A program made the translations under genes and the position numbers. The notes under the pieces were generated by a model that worked only from the letters and a program-made list of their open reading frames with translations, searched no databases and was not told where the DNA came from. This document shows positions 48,587 through 61,600 of a DNA stretch of 64,000 bases, piece after piece. The DNA comes from Marsupella aquatica (Eukaryota > Plantae > Marchantiophyta). Where the stretch lies: positions 11,001,135-11,065,134 of the forward strand of contig OZ316899.1 in the NCBI GenBank assembly GCA_973895155.1, written 5' to 3'. Position 1 is the stretch's first letter, and each line of letters opens with the position of its first letter.

Positions 48587-50938
48587 TGTCACGCAATTGA
48601 CATGGGTCTCAACACCAAAATCATCACTATTGGGTGCCAAAACCATCTCCTTGTACCTGAGGATCACGAAGGGATGCTGTGAAGGCCGGTAAACACCAGT
48701 TTATGCCCTTAACACCAGACTATCATAGCAAGACTCTGTCACACATCACCCAAGCTCAATCCCTAGGAACCAAGGTTGGGATTCAGATCCTGTGCTCATG
48801 ATAGTTCTGGTGAGAAGGGGTCTTCATAGGTATATTTCTATTCCGCCGCCGGAATGTACCCATAAACCAGTGACTCCTGACTAATTCTCGGCTTAGGGAC
48901 TTCTAAGCCATTGCCCCACCACTTTGCCATTCCACTCTCAACAATCAGAGCTATGATAGCCCTCACCCAACCCACTTCAATGCACCCGGTACACCTCTCA
49001 ATGGCGCTGCTAGTCCCATCATACACTCAAATTGCCTCACACACACACACATCTATGAGAGAAATGAGGCCTGAGAGGAAAACTCAATTAGATTCAAAGA
49101 TGTGCACAATAGTTCACTGAGAACACTTGATCTAAACACTAGGCTCGAAGGCTGTCTCCTCCAGATTGCGACGTGCTTGCCCCGCAAGCCCCATGCTTGC
49201 CAGGCAAGCTCAATCCTGAACCTGAGCCCGACTCACTCCAGATTGCGACGGCAGATTGGACTCGAACCAATCCCGTACTTGCCTTGCAAACTCAATCCTG
49301 AACTCAACCTCCTTCACTGCACTTCATTCTTGGGGGCACATACAGATCTCACACCTCCATTTCAGAATGTCAAGTTACGCATGCACAGTTGACTCGACTT
49401 CAAAGCTGGTACCAGGCCTAACAACGATCTATCCAGACTGCAATGAGGCCCGGCCTCATGCTTGCCCTGCAAGCTCAGCTCTGGCCATAAATCCCTTAGT
49501 GCTCTCTACCAGACAAAGGCCGGGACTCCCCATGGATCACGTAGCCTTGCCAGACTGAACTGTAAATGCTCCTCCTGCTGCCCCTCAATTAGTGTCTCAA
49601 CCTTCCTAATGTGCTCACCGCAAATCACATTGAAATCCTCCCCACAGTTTACAATCACCAACACATCACCTATCACCAAGGCTCTGTATCGGGGGAAAAG
49701 AACCCAATTGTGTTGCCTACTAGAAAGTACCACAATCTAGCTTGCAAACCTGGCCAACTGTTGCTGTGAAGCGTGGTTGATTACTCCCTGAGTAATAGCA
49801 CAACCAAGCTCTCCCCAACACACAACTTCCAAGCCTAGCCTTCCTTGCACAAAGCTCCTCCCTGCTGCTCAGTCTACGTGAGATCACAAAAATGAAGTCC
49901 CCCCCTTGCCTCTACCGGGGGGCAGCTCTATATACTCTCATATTGAGCCCAAATGGGTGGATACTACGCTGCTGGAGCCCCATCCCAGCCCTAATAGAGC
50001 CGCCACTATCTCTAACTACTGAACCCTAACTCGCAACTTTATTTCTATCTCGAATTGGCTATGTATTTCAGATTTGGCCCTCCTCCATGGTTTTTGCGAG
50101 CTTGCGCCTCCTCTCCCGATTTCTCTATTCAACCATTTGCTGCGTGGATAGCAGCGTTGGAAGCGGCTTGAGCTCCTCTTTCCAACGAGGTCAATTATAG
50201 CCGATTTGGTCAAATACACAGAGTTATGCCCCCGCAACCGAGAGATGGTACTCACTGCTACGCTAACCCGAGTTACATAGCTAACCCAAGTTCGGCTAAC
50301 CTAGCTATCCTATCTAACCCGAGTAGAGCTAACCCGTGGTCTCGGGTTAGGCCGCTACCCACTATCCGCTAACCTAGGTTAAGCTGAGCCCGAACCCGAG
50401 CTTGCCTATGCTAACCCGAGCCCGAGTTTAGGCTAACCCAAGTTCAGTCTAACCCAGGATCAATCGAATCTGAACCCGGGTTAAGCCTAAGCTGAAGCTG
50501 TGCTGACCTGAGCTAAGCTAAAGCCGTGCTTACCTGAGCTAAGCTGAAGCCGTGCTTACCTAAGCTAAGCCGTGGCCGAGCTTGGGTTAACCCAAAACTG
50601 AAGCCGAATCCGCTAATTCCGGCCACAAGTTAACCCGTCACACTAATCAGGCCGTATCTTCCTTAATACACCTCCGTTTCCCGAGTGTTTTATATCAATT
50701 TTACTCACCTTGACCAGATCTTTCCAATGCTCTTTAAAGATCCAGATTTGGTGACATATTGAAAGAGATATGGTCGCCAACCACCCGCGACATAGCTTTT
50801 ATTTCCCTACTCTTAACGCCATGATTGCCCTTATTCTTGCCATCTGGCTAATTGTTATGCAATATCAATAGCTACTCCTTGCATACAACAACCTACTTAA
50901 TCAGATTACAGAATAAGGACCATGTCATTGGCGTCACA
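48587..50938 (-). mobile_element. Solo LTR, 2352 bp, with no long ORF
   Basis: TGTGACGCC...GCGTGACA on the minus strand; perfect TSD CGTTT at 48582-48586 and 50939-50943. Confidence 0.9.
50262..50640. repeat. Short-motif array (TAACCC(G/A)AG; GCTAAGCTGAAGCCGTGCTT) inside the solo LTR
   Basis: Directly visible degenerate repeats. Confidence 0.75.
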
Positions 50939-52299
50939 CGTTTGTCCCTGACATTTGAAGGTCCTCTACCCGTTGAAAGCAACCTATGAACTTTGACACA
51001 TCATGTTTAATGTTAGACCACTTCCCTTCCAGTGATTTTTGGCCCCTTGACTCGGCTCCCTTTGGTTTGTGCTTCTTGTAATGACCAGTCACCCGATCCC
51101 AAAATCTCTCAGCCCTTTGCCCCACACCAACACAAGGATCTTGGGAGACATGGAGAAGACTGTAGCATAGCTGCTTTAGTTCTTCTGGTCCATAATTTTT
51201 CCCACGACTTGCTGCCATGTTCAAACCTTTGTACGCGAATTTCAATGGATTCCTCATGGGCAATGTTAGTGTTGCACGATGCTCTGCCACCCACAAGGAC
51301 TATTCATCGATAGTCGTATGCTCATAGCGGGCCGCGGGAAACAGTTCATATTCTGGTGCCAATAGTGACACCTTCACAGCGCGTGCCGCGTGGAGCCACT
51401 ACTATTGTCGATTTGTTTGCGGGCTAGCGGAGGGGTTCCAAATGGCAACCGCCTTTCCGCCCACAAGTAGCGGCGAGAAGGCATATGATGTGGTTGCTTT
51501 CGTAAAACATTTGTGGATGGTGACACCGTTGGAGAAAGATTTTTGCTATTAGAGACTGTTATTCAACCATTTGGCGTTTGCGGGGACCTTTGGAGGCTCC
51601 ATTGGAGATGCTCTAACCACCAGCTAGGGGGGCGAATATGGATTTTGGCGCACATGTGTTGTGTGATTTTTTTTCTTGTTTACATGGTGTGTCACGATGT
51701 GAGTTGGGTATGGATGTGTGTCCGCATGACAATTGGCACTCCATGTTGCATTTAGGTTGCAACTTTGTTGGTTGCATATGTTGTGTTGTGGGTTTGGGAG
51801 GATGACCTAGTATAGCAGGTCACCTGGTAGGGATGACATATTCACCCAGGTTACCATGCCCTTTGTGCCATGGGGGTATACCTTGGAGAATGAGGATTAG
51901 CTCCTCATTCTTCCAAGTTGAGCCTTCCGACACTAGTAGAGCTCGTGTGAGTGTGACTATGGTGAGAGAGAGTGTATGTCGGTTGGCATGTAGAGCGATA
52001 TTAGTAGGGTTCTGCTATGTGTATAGACTTGGAGTCCCGCATGGCTAGCGGGTGAGTTTGGCTCGACTTAGTGATACCTTGCGACGGGGTTCCGTTACGC
52101 AAGAGATTGATATGGATTTTGGCAAACATGCGTTGTGTGTCGTGTGATTATCTTTTTCTTATTTACATGATGTGCCACAATGTGAGTTGGGTATGGATGT
52201 GTGTCCGCACGACACATCTATCCATTATATTAATGAGCAGGAAGGGGGAATATGATTTTGAGCCTACATATGCAATTGCGACAAACCAACCTGCTTGAT

Positions 52300-53738
52300 A
52301 CTTTCCATCTGCAACTACACCTATGACATGGGCATCACCTAAGCCGATGAATAGACCAATATTATCATATAATAGACTAGTACCGAGACCATCTATGGGA
52401 CCGCCTGGTGGATACCCACCTAGGGGAGCGCCTTGAGAACAAGGTACTTGCTTGAACTGTGGCCAAACAAGCCATTATTCTCCTCAATGCCCTTATCCTA
52501 AGCAAGAAGTTGGTTATACCCATATTTGTGGTAACTGTGGAAAAGAAGGTCATTGACCAGTAGAATGCCCAAGTCCACCCAAACCAAAGATGATGGAATG
52601 ATTTGCTTAGGACCCGACTACGGAGCCAACAAAGTGAGAAGCTAATGTTCAAATGATATATTCTGAACATATTGAGGATTGTAATTTTGTTCAGTTAGAA
52701 GGTGTTCACCACATCTCTTGGTCAGATGCATCAGCTCATCACCCTGTGTTTAATCAACCCCTTGTTGCAACCATACCGGATGTTGAAGTAAGTCAACTGG
52801 TTAAACCAAGTGTTGTGGGCACTCCAAACAAGAGAATTCAGGAGCGAGATGAGATTTTAGATATCTTTGCCACTACTAGATCCAACACTAAGGAGAAAGC
52901 AACATTAGATTCACAAAAAGGGAAGAAGAAGGGACAGTCCAAATCACCGGAGAAAAAGGAAAAGAGACCCGTGGTTTACCTAAGGAACAAGACCCTGATT
53001 ATGACATAAATGACCAAAAATATTATGCACCAAATATCTCTGACGAGGTAAAAGCTCAAATTGTTGAACTTATTGTGAAAGTTAAACCTGCCGAAACACA
53101 AGACTTTATTAAGAGAAAAATGGAAAAGATAGTACCCCAAAAGAGCGCATATGATATTGTTGAAGTTGTCAAAAATCGTTTGGCCAACATCACTGTTGGA
53201 GAGTTATTAGAAGATAATCCTATTTACCAAAAGCAGCTTAAGAGCCTCATCACCAGACCTGGGCGGAGGAGGAAATTGCCAGAGGAAGATGTGAGAAGAT
53301 TGGAATAGACTGATAAAGGGGCCCCCTAAAGTTGATATTCAAATCAATGGTTGGGTAATCACTAGAATTCCTATAGATGGAGGTTCAACTCAAGATACAA
53401 CATTTAAGTTGGGTTACACTAAATTTGAGCATACACCAAAGATATTGAGGATGGTTGATCAATCCAAGATGGTTCCTAAAGGGAGACTGCTGAAGGTACC
53501 CATTAACATCACTGGACCTACCTTCTTATTGGACTATATTGTGATTAACCCTGATACACCTTCCAGATTTGCAGTACTCCTAGACAAACCTTGGTTATAT
53601 AAAGCCAAAGTAAATGTGAACTGGAAAAATCAGGAATTATCCTTTGGAAGTCATAAAGTGACCTTGCGTTGGGTAAACGACCAATACCTAGGAGAAATAC
53701 AGAGTGACAACGGATACACTTCCAATTTCTTGGATTCT
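52300..53738 (+). pseudogene. Degenerate gag-protease remnant of a relative of the intact element
   Basis: Two CCHC knuckles; AYDIVE...ITVGELLEDNPIYQKQLK...RRRKLP; IPIDGGS; LGYT...LRMVD...LLDKPWLYKAKV, collinear with the 21040 ORF. Confidence 0.88.
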
Positions 53739-54350
53739 CACTACTACACTATCGGCCCCTTTCGCGAATCCATACACATTGCAACCAACAAAGGCCCAAT
53801 AAACAGAATTCTGGCGGTTGCAAACCAACCCGCATCGCAACACTATCCCAAAATGCAAAGTTGCAATCTTCGCACGCGGACCATCGCAACGCCATCCAAC
53901 ACCATGGCAATTTCCCAAACACACCACCTTGCAAATTGCCGAATACTTGCGAGTTCAAAATGGTTGCAATAGCTTTGCATTCTATCGCACGCTCCTTTGT
54001 TGCCAACGTTGATTTTTGTGAAGCTCTAAGGTTTGCTACACGGTTGTGATGTCGATGAGTTTGGTGTTTACAATGGGCTTGATTCAACAACTAGCAATTT
54101 AAGTAATATTGCACTTATGCAAAATGTTTTAGATGGGGGATTGCGAAAGGAGTCCAATCACAAGATGAGAAGTGTTTTAGTTCAGATGTTGTGGATGTTG
54201 TGGGTTTGCATATTGTGATCATGGTATTCGTCTCTCAAACAACAATCCAAGACAATTCAGTATTTCTTTCCTATCCAAGTTTGCAATGGGTTCGCACTTT
54301 CAAGGGAACACAAGTTTCAATCAATGTTTTGCGAGGGATTTCTCTTGACA
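53739..54350 (+). mobile_element. Left end of a related CACTA element (truncated or non-autonomous)
   Basis: CACTACTACACTATCGGCCCCTTTCGCGAA resembles the reverse complement of the 13454 TIR. Carries TCGCAA/TTGCGA motifs. No right TIR found; the end coordinate is approximate. Confidence 0.8.
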
Positions 54351-55698
54351 GTGGACCCAATGTGGAAGACAAAATTGTTTTATAAGATGAAAAATAGATG
54401 GATATACAAAAAATGTTAGGGCTTGAAGGAACCCAATACACAAGAGGGGTGTCATATCTGATGCCAAGTCACCCTACTCAACATATGCTTAACTTTTTGG
54501 TTAAGTACTCGCACACTAACACTCTCTAACTAAAGATAGTTATGCATTTTAACTAGCTCTTTTAACACTGCCATCCAGTTGAGCGGATGGGAACCTGCAA
54601 GTGTTAACTTTTGATTTAACAAGAGTAGTTTAGAAATTAACTCTTGGTGGGAACCCACCCTTACTCTTTGGGTAACGTGTTCTTCATAAAATTTGGGTCG
54701 TTAGATACGTTAGTAACTAAACGCCAAACTGTGGATGTTGCTTTACTGTGTGTCACGAAGATGTTGGCACGGTCGACCATTTTAAAGAGCGGATGTCGAG
54801 GAGTTTTAAACTTGGAGCCGGGAGGACGTGTCTCATCCTCTTCGTAAGCCTGTTCGTAAGCCTGCGCTGGTTGACTGAATGAGACCGTGTGACAATCCAG
54901 AGATAACATACAACAGTGGGTTGCGCATTTGATTCTTTCTGCCTTTCGAAGCTGAAAGCATTGATTCTTTTTGCCTTGAAAACTTTCAGTTGCTTTTAGG
55001 TCTTCATCAAAGTCACTTAGTTGTCTTGTTTCTGTGTTACTGACTGCACTCCTTACATGAAGACGATAATTTAGGACGAACTAAAGAGGTACGAGTGTAC
55101 GCAGCACCTATCCGGAGGGGCCAGATACAAAGAAGGCGTCGTCGACTGTGGTACTCAAGGTAAAACGAACTGGTGCTTCTCTACACTTCTTGTTCAGTCC
55201 AACCATCGTGAATTGTTTAGGATCGTTGCGGATGGACAAGTGGGAGTCTAGCATAAACGAAAAGTTGGACGGGTGGGTATAGGAATACGGAAGTACTGAT
55301 GAATTCATTTGGGATAAGGTGTCGAGCACAGACGACAAAGGGGAGCTCACATCTGCGTTGGGTGAAGCTGATTTCTGGCCACGGTGAGATGTTGTCCTGA
55401 GTCGTTTGTACTTATCTGTGGAGCATTTGGAGCAATGGAGGGAGCGATGGAGCTAGCTTCCCTCGGCGAGCGCATTTATTTCGTTCTGGGTTTGCCTCAT
55501 AGCTTCCCTGTTTTCAGCCTGAAATGAATGGAGCCCTCTCCGCTGATTTTCTCATCGGATTTTTGTTATTGTAACGGCAGAGTAATCTCAGGGAACCCTA
55601 TTCTGGTGTGACGTGTTATCTTACTGTGTTTTTCGTACTGTCAATTTACTGTTTTCCAGCTCCTATTTTAGCGGAGACGAGTTGCAACTTTGGATACT

Positions 55699-58600
55699 AT
55701 GAGCAGTCGTGCTAGCCGCACCATCTATGTGGGGAACCTACCTGGTGATGTCAGGGAGCGGGAGATCGAAGATTTATTTTACAAGGTAGCTTGCAAGTCC
55801 TTGTATTTTCGTAGATTGGGTAATGGTCATGTTAGGTTTCAGGTAATACTTTTTCGGTTGTGTTTTGAACTTCCTCTGCCGCGGCACTCTCCGTCGTAAT
55901 TGCCTTGCCTTTTGTTTTCTGTTTTCGGGAAAGAAGCACATCTCCGCCGGAGTGAGGGACACTCAGCAACCCCTGGGAACGGTGTGTCCGAACATAGGAT
56001 GTGAGCTTCACAGGCGAGCTCTTTTATGGCTTTCCCTCTACCCGACTGCTGTTAAGTGTCTTGCTTTGAGACTTACTAGATGTTCTGCGGCCAGAACCTA
56101 AGTCTTAGGTCGATAACTTTTCAGTGAACATTGTTCAAATTTGCACAAAAATCCTCCAAGCTAAAAGATACGAGTACATGGGGTGTTCTGTCTCTTTGAT
56201 TAAGTTGTGATGTAACTGTTTGTACTGGATACTGATGCGGACCTCAATCTAATGTTATTCTATTGCATTCCAGCTTCGTCCTGTGATGTACGTGTGTCGT
56301 GTGTGCAGTATGGGCGAATTGTGGATATTGACCTCAAACTACCTCCTCGTCCGCCAGGGTACTGCTTCATCGAGGTATTTATGTGTCATCCATCAGAGAT
56401 GCACCATGGGCCGTGGATGTGCTTAAGCCTTGCTGTTTTGCTGACCGGAATTTTGTTTTTGTGAGAATGTGCGACACTTCTAATAGGCAGGTTGATGTTG
56501 CTGCAGTAGGTTCGTTCTTGTTATCTGGTTTTTCATGATATCACTCGCTTTACTTTCCGTGGTCACTTTCTGTTGTTCTTGAAATTGATAGTTCTGATGC
56601 CAATCTTTAACTATAGTCCGGGATCTGCAGTTCGAAGATGCTAGAGATGCTGAGGATGCAATCAGGGGCCGAGATGGTTACAACTTCGACGGCAATAGAC
56701 TGCGTGTAAGCGAATCATGTAGCCAATGAGAGAGGTTGTATATGTTTGATGGTCGTCGACTTTGAAACCGGTGCTGGATCTCTTTCAAACCACTTCAAGC
56801 CGCATTCCGAACCATTTATGCTCTATTACAATTTATTTTCTATCTTACGCACTGTCTCTATCGATTGTAGCCTTGTAGGTCTCTATCTTGTGTCTTGTAC
56901 AGATGGAACTGGCAGCAACACAAGTAGACCACCCTCCTCTGGTTTGCAAAGACTTACCATCGAAAGTGTTTTACTGGACTTTCCGTATACTTTTCGAGGA
57001 TTTCACTTTACCCATCAATGCAAGAATATAACTTACTGCAAGAAATGGTACTGGTCAGGCTAGAGCTCTTCATTTCCACTGGAGTGTTGAACTCCTCCAA
57101 CAGCTCCTTTAGGATATATTCTACAATTTGCTTTAGGACCTTCATCTGCCCTGCCTCCAATGCTTTGCCATGTACCAATAGGCGCATGGTCCTCCTACAT
57201 CCCACCGCTCAGTCAACAAAAGCGAGGAGCTTGGAAGTAGCGTCCAAAGGGTTGGGGATTGAATTCGGTCGGATAGCTACCTTCCATCGCTACCATGCTG
57301 CTCGAGAGATTTACTTATATCCGAATTCAATCGAATGCAAGCGGGGGCCAATCTAAAATCGCTGTGTACAACGTCGATAGTCCATAGATATATAGTCCCA
57401 ACTAGAGCGTTTCCAAAAGCATTCACGGTGTTTGTCTTTTATGAAGCCTCTAGTGGATCAGGTACGTGTCCTACTTTGTGAAGTGCTTTCATAATTGCAC
57501 CTATTATAGGTTTTTTTTTAAACGTTTCCTAGAAATTATAGTTCAAAGTCCAGGGATTTCCTTGGTATGGAAATCTGTCAGCTTGTTTTGTGTGCTGGAG
57601 TTGTTGGCACCGCTGCAGCTGTATTAGCTACCTGTCTTCTTGCCATCAAACTCTGACCGCGAAATCATGACCCATAGGATTAGTAGCTGTTCCGGTCGAA
57701 GCTGAGCGATAATGTATATAGTTGAGCCCAGCCCTTTGTTTGGTGTTTCCATACCAAGGCGCTGCACATATTCCGTGGATGGCTCCATCATACGTACGGG
57801 AACAGTGCCCTATGCTTCAATATCAATGGGGCTGAACTGGACCAATTTGGCTAGCCCTTGAATCTTCTGGTGCCCTTTAGCAACTATGTTTGTCCAACTT
57901 GCAGTCCTCTGAAAACCTTGATCCTAAGATATGTGTCTGCAATCCCGAACATGTTAGAGTCAGCGGTAATGTGTTTCAACTATATTGCTTTGCTGATATC
58001 CTAGGGTGAAGACGCCTACTAGCTAGGGAAGTAGACGCATGAAGATCAAGGTTGTAGATTGAAGAAATCTTGTTTGCAGCTGACAAGATTCCCCCATATT
58101 CCTGGGTCGTCACTGGCTTTCTCTTTGCTCAAGACAATTTCCTCACCTCCAAACCTGTGGGATCCTGCCCAGATCTCTTGGTAAAGAGCCCAGGAGCTCA
58201 GTGAGGGACATCTTTCAATCTGCCGAATACCAAAATCGATGTCTTTGGCACTGGATTATAAAAGGCGCAGCAATATCTGTAGAATGATACTAAGCCAGAA
58301 AGAGACTGGAATGAGATAGTGCGCAGCAATGTTAGTCAAAGGGTGCGAGCACATTGCATGAAAGAATGGAGGTCGCAAGTCAGAAAAGAATCAAGCAAGC
58401 GCAGGCTCTTCGCTCGAACTCGCCAATAGGTGCAACATTGGTACATTTCCTGCAAAAATCCAGATGGTAGCAACGCTCTATGGAACTGCGATATGGGTCA
58501 CTGGTACTGCCAAATCGCTGATTTGGTCATTAAGGCCCTAAAAAGCCGATTGTTGCCGATAATTTTCTTACACTACATGAGATCTATCGTGCTAAACTGG

Positions 58601-61600
58601 AGAAAGTCTCTGCGGAATTCCTAATCCTAAAGTTCCAGCACGTTCTTGGAGCAAGTGTGACGTCTGCGAAAAAGGATCTATTTAGACTCTCCAAGTGCTT
58701 TCCTGGCCTAAAAGCATAGGCCTGTGAAAGTTTATAAGCTTTTACCTTTTATGTAAGCAATGGACAGATGGGGCTTTTCAATAGAAACATTCAGTACCAA
58801 CGGCAAGAAAACTTTGTTGGCAGTGTTTAGGGTATCGAAGCAGACGAATGGGAGAACGTGCCTTGTGAAGAGGGAGTCGTTAAGACTTCTATGAAACTTT
58901 AGATTATGGAGGCACTTGAAGGAGCGTCTATGAGAATACTTGGTCCAGACTTTGGTTCGGACGTATGTTTCACGCGGCACATGGATCAGTCAACGGATGT
59001 ATCATATATAATAGAATGAGTTAGTCTTCTCCTTATTCATCTACAGATAAGAAATTCGTCAGTCTTATTATTAGTCATCTGATTGCGATTGCGACGAGGA
59101 TCTGCTCTCTAGCTTGTCTCTTGTTTCCCCTGTTACCTTCGGTGGTGACTTTTGACTCTTGGGGTTCCCTTGTACAGTGTTGGTACAACTCCAATGTGGA
59201 TCCGTGTGGATGATTCATATTGCAGTTGTAGTTATTTATGTTTTAGTCATTCATGCAGTGGCTCTGTATGAATATATATGGGCCAGGATAAGGGAAGGCA
59301 TTGTGCCGATGGTAGTTCACCATTAACTATGCTAACACTGGTATAATCAGTGGGGTAGCTTCTGTCAGAAACTTGATAATAGAGAAGGTACGGCTAGTGT
59401 ATCTGGATGGGGGGCGTAGGGTGAAGACCTTAAGAATCATTGATTGGCGATGACCTGATTGGAATTGCAAAAGAGAGTATCTGAGAAAGGAGATCACCTC
59501 TTGGAACATGTAGTTGGAACTTGCGAAGTTAATCAATCCTCAAATAATTTACTTGGGATTATTGAGTGCCCGGTCACGTAGGACAGCTGCGTATTACTAG
59601 TTAAAATGCGATGTCCAGCCTCGTTTTCTGTAGCTCGATATTGATTTAGTAGCGAAGCAAATGAAAACCTAAGGATGTGCAATCCAGCAAACTTGGGCTG
59701 GGCTCAACAGAACAAAATCCGCTTGACAAGAATTACACTGAGTTTGGAAGCCTCTTTAGCAGCATTCGTCTTCCCTCTTCCGAAGTGTTGTCAAGAAGAA
59801 CGAACTTATAGCAAATACAGTATTCCTCACACATGCAAAACCAGATCTTCGAGGGTTGAGTTTCATTAGTTGCAAGTTTATCATGAAGATTGATCAGCCG
59901 TCTGTCTCACAAGCTGCTTGTAGCATGTTGCGCGGGACATATATTTAACGAGGTGAACCAGCTATGCTTGGATACCAGTAGGTCTCTGTTTTTGTTAAAC
60001 CCCGGTCTCCATGGATCTTGGTTACTTTCCTGGTTGCTGGATAGAAATGCTGCTTTCAAGACCAAAACAAAAGAGAAAATCAGAAACGTAAGAGCTGTGA
60101 TACATGCTGTATCCCTGGCTACTACTCTAATTGCCGAATAAGAGTCACCGGTAGAGCTTCGTCGGTGGTCGACTGCATCTTTGGCCTCTCTACATGTACG
60201 CTGCAAAGAGTTTCCATCTTTGTCAGTGCAGACAATGTTTTTGAATGGGTGTGTCAACGCCTCTGTTTTGACCTTTCCATCTACTTCAAACAAACTTCTA
60301 ATTAGTCTAGCTTCTGTACTTCTGCACGGGGATTTTTTCTTACCCGAGTTCTGAGTCATTGAAATTTGGAGCAAGTATTACCCTTAGTGTCTGATGCCAC
60401 TGACCTCTTCACCAGATAGTCGTTGCTAATCTGCAGCTCATGAAAGACCGCATTTGAAAGCTTGACCTCGTATAGACCAGAACACCTTGTCCGTCTCCTA
60501 ATGGTTCAATGGCTCGCGTGTTTTCGCTCGCTTGAAAGACTCCTAGTAGACCGGCTCACCTGAACTGTCTCAAATACGTTGAGCGGAGGAAGGTGTGGAA
60601 GTATATGGTGGAGCAATTTTGGTGACACCACATCTGGATACGATATTGGGGTTTTTCACTTCGACGCTGTGAAATATAAAGTTAAATTTCTGGTGGATGA
60701 CGAGGATTCTCTCCAACCAAACTCTGATGATGAGCATGATGAGCACTTCTACCATTATAACCTTATCTACAGGAGGGGATCTTCTGCAGTTTTCTTTCTG
60801 AAACCCAGGAAGAGATCATAGATGTGAACCTGGAACACATTGCCCAAGCCCTTGCACACCTTATCTTACCAATGACTGCGAGTCTCACTCCATGATCCTC
60901 GTCGAATCTTTCAAACAATCCTCGCCACACTTCATGTCGTTCTCATAAACGATCCTCCATGCATTCTCTGCCAGCTAATATCTGTTTCGATGAACCAGAT
61001 TAAACTCGGTTGGATACCCTTGGCGAAAAACCGAACTGAGCAGCCTTTGTCACCCTTGCAAAAGGTTTGGTTAGCAGGTGCCGTCAAGCAATTGTTGTGA
61101 TCACCCTGATCTTGACCATGACTTGAATCAATTTTCATAGCCTGGCAGGGTTGGCCAGTTTTGGCTACTTTGTCCTCAAGCCTCCTCGATGTGCAATGAC
61201 CAAATCTACAGGACGCTGGACTTGAGCGCCAAGAGCCAATTTTCTCCTACAACATCAGCGATCTGCAGTATGTGGGCCCTGATCTGCAATCTCACTTTTC
61301 AGAGAAACAATATCTTCAGGTTTCGCAGGCGACTCAGGCTGTGGCACTCTTACCTCAATCTTTGTAAATGGATATCCTCTGAGTCTGTACAACTCCGGCG
61401 GAATCATTTTTGGCCCTCTATCTGCAAAACTCTTATGGGAGTGTCCTTGAGAACCAATTAAGGGCGTGGAATAGCAAAACCGCCAAGCATCTAGACAGGC
61501 TGGCTTAGTCAATGCAGAAGAGCTGACAACCTTCCTTTCCACACTGTTCTGGCGGAGTAGAGCTGTCCAACAAAGCAATGCTGTGGGGCTGCAAAGACTT

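Larger units (their letters stand above)
43970..51218 (-). pseudogene. Harbinger Myb/SANT (NAM-associated-like) partner gene in three pieces: 51218-50939, 48586-48053, 44072-~43970
   Basis: RGKNYGPEELKQLC...VSQDPCVGVGQRAERFWDRV...KWSNIKHDVSKF; FPFDSCFWILKDSPRW; KRPQGNKRAK. The frame continues across both insertions. Confidence 0.88.
40920..51613 (+). mobile_element. PIF/Harbinger DNA transposon with two nested solo LTRs
   Basis: TIRs GAGCATCTCCAATGG / CCATTGGAGATGCTC; TSD TAA at 40917-40919 and 51614-51616. Confidence 0.95.

Noticed and set aside
54661-55350. Minus-strand ORFs divergent from the SR gene
   Set aside because: About 80 aa each, with no recognisable homology or splice structure.
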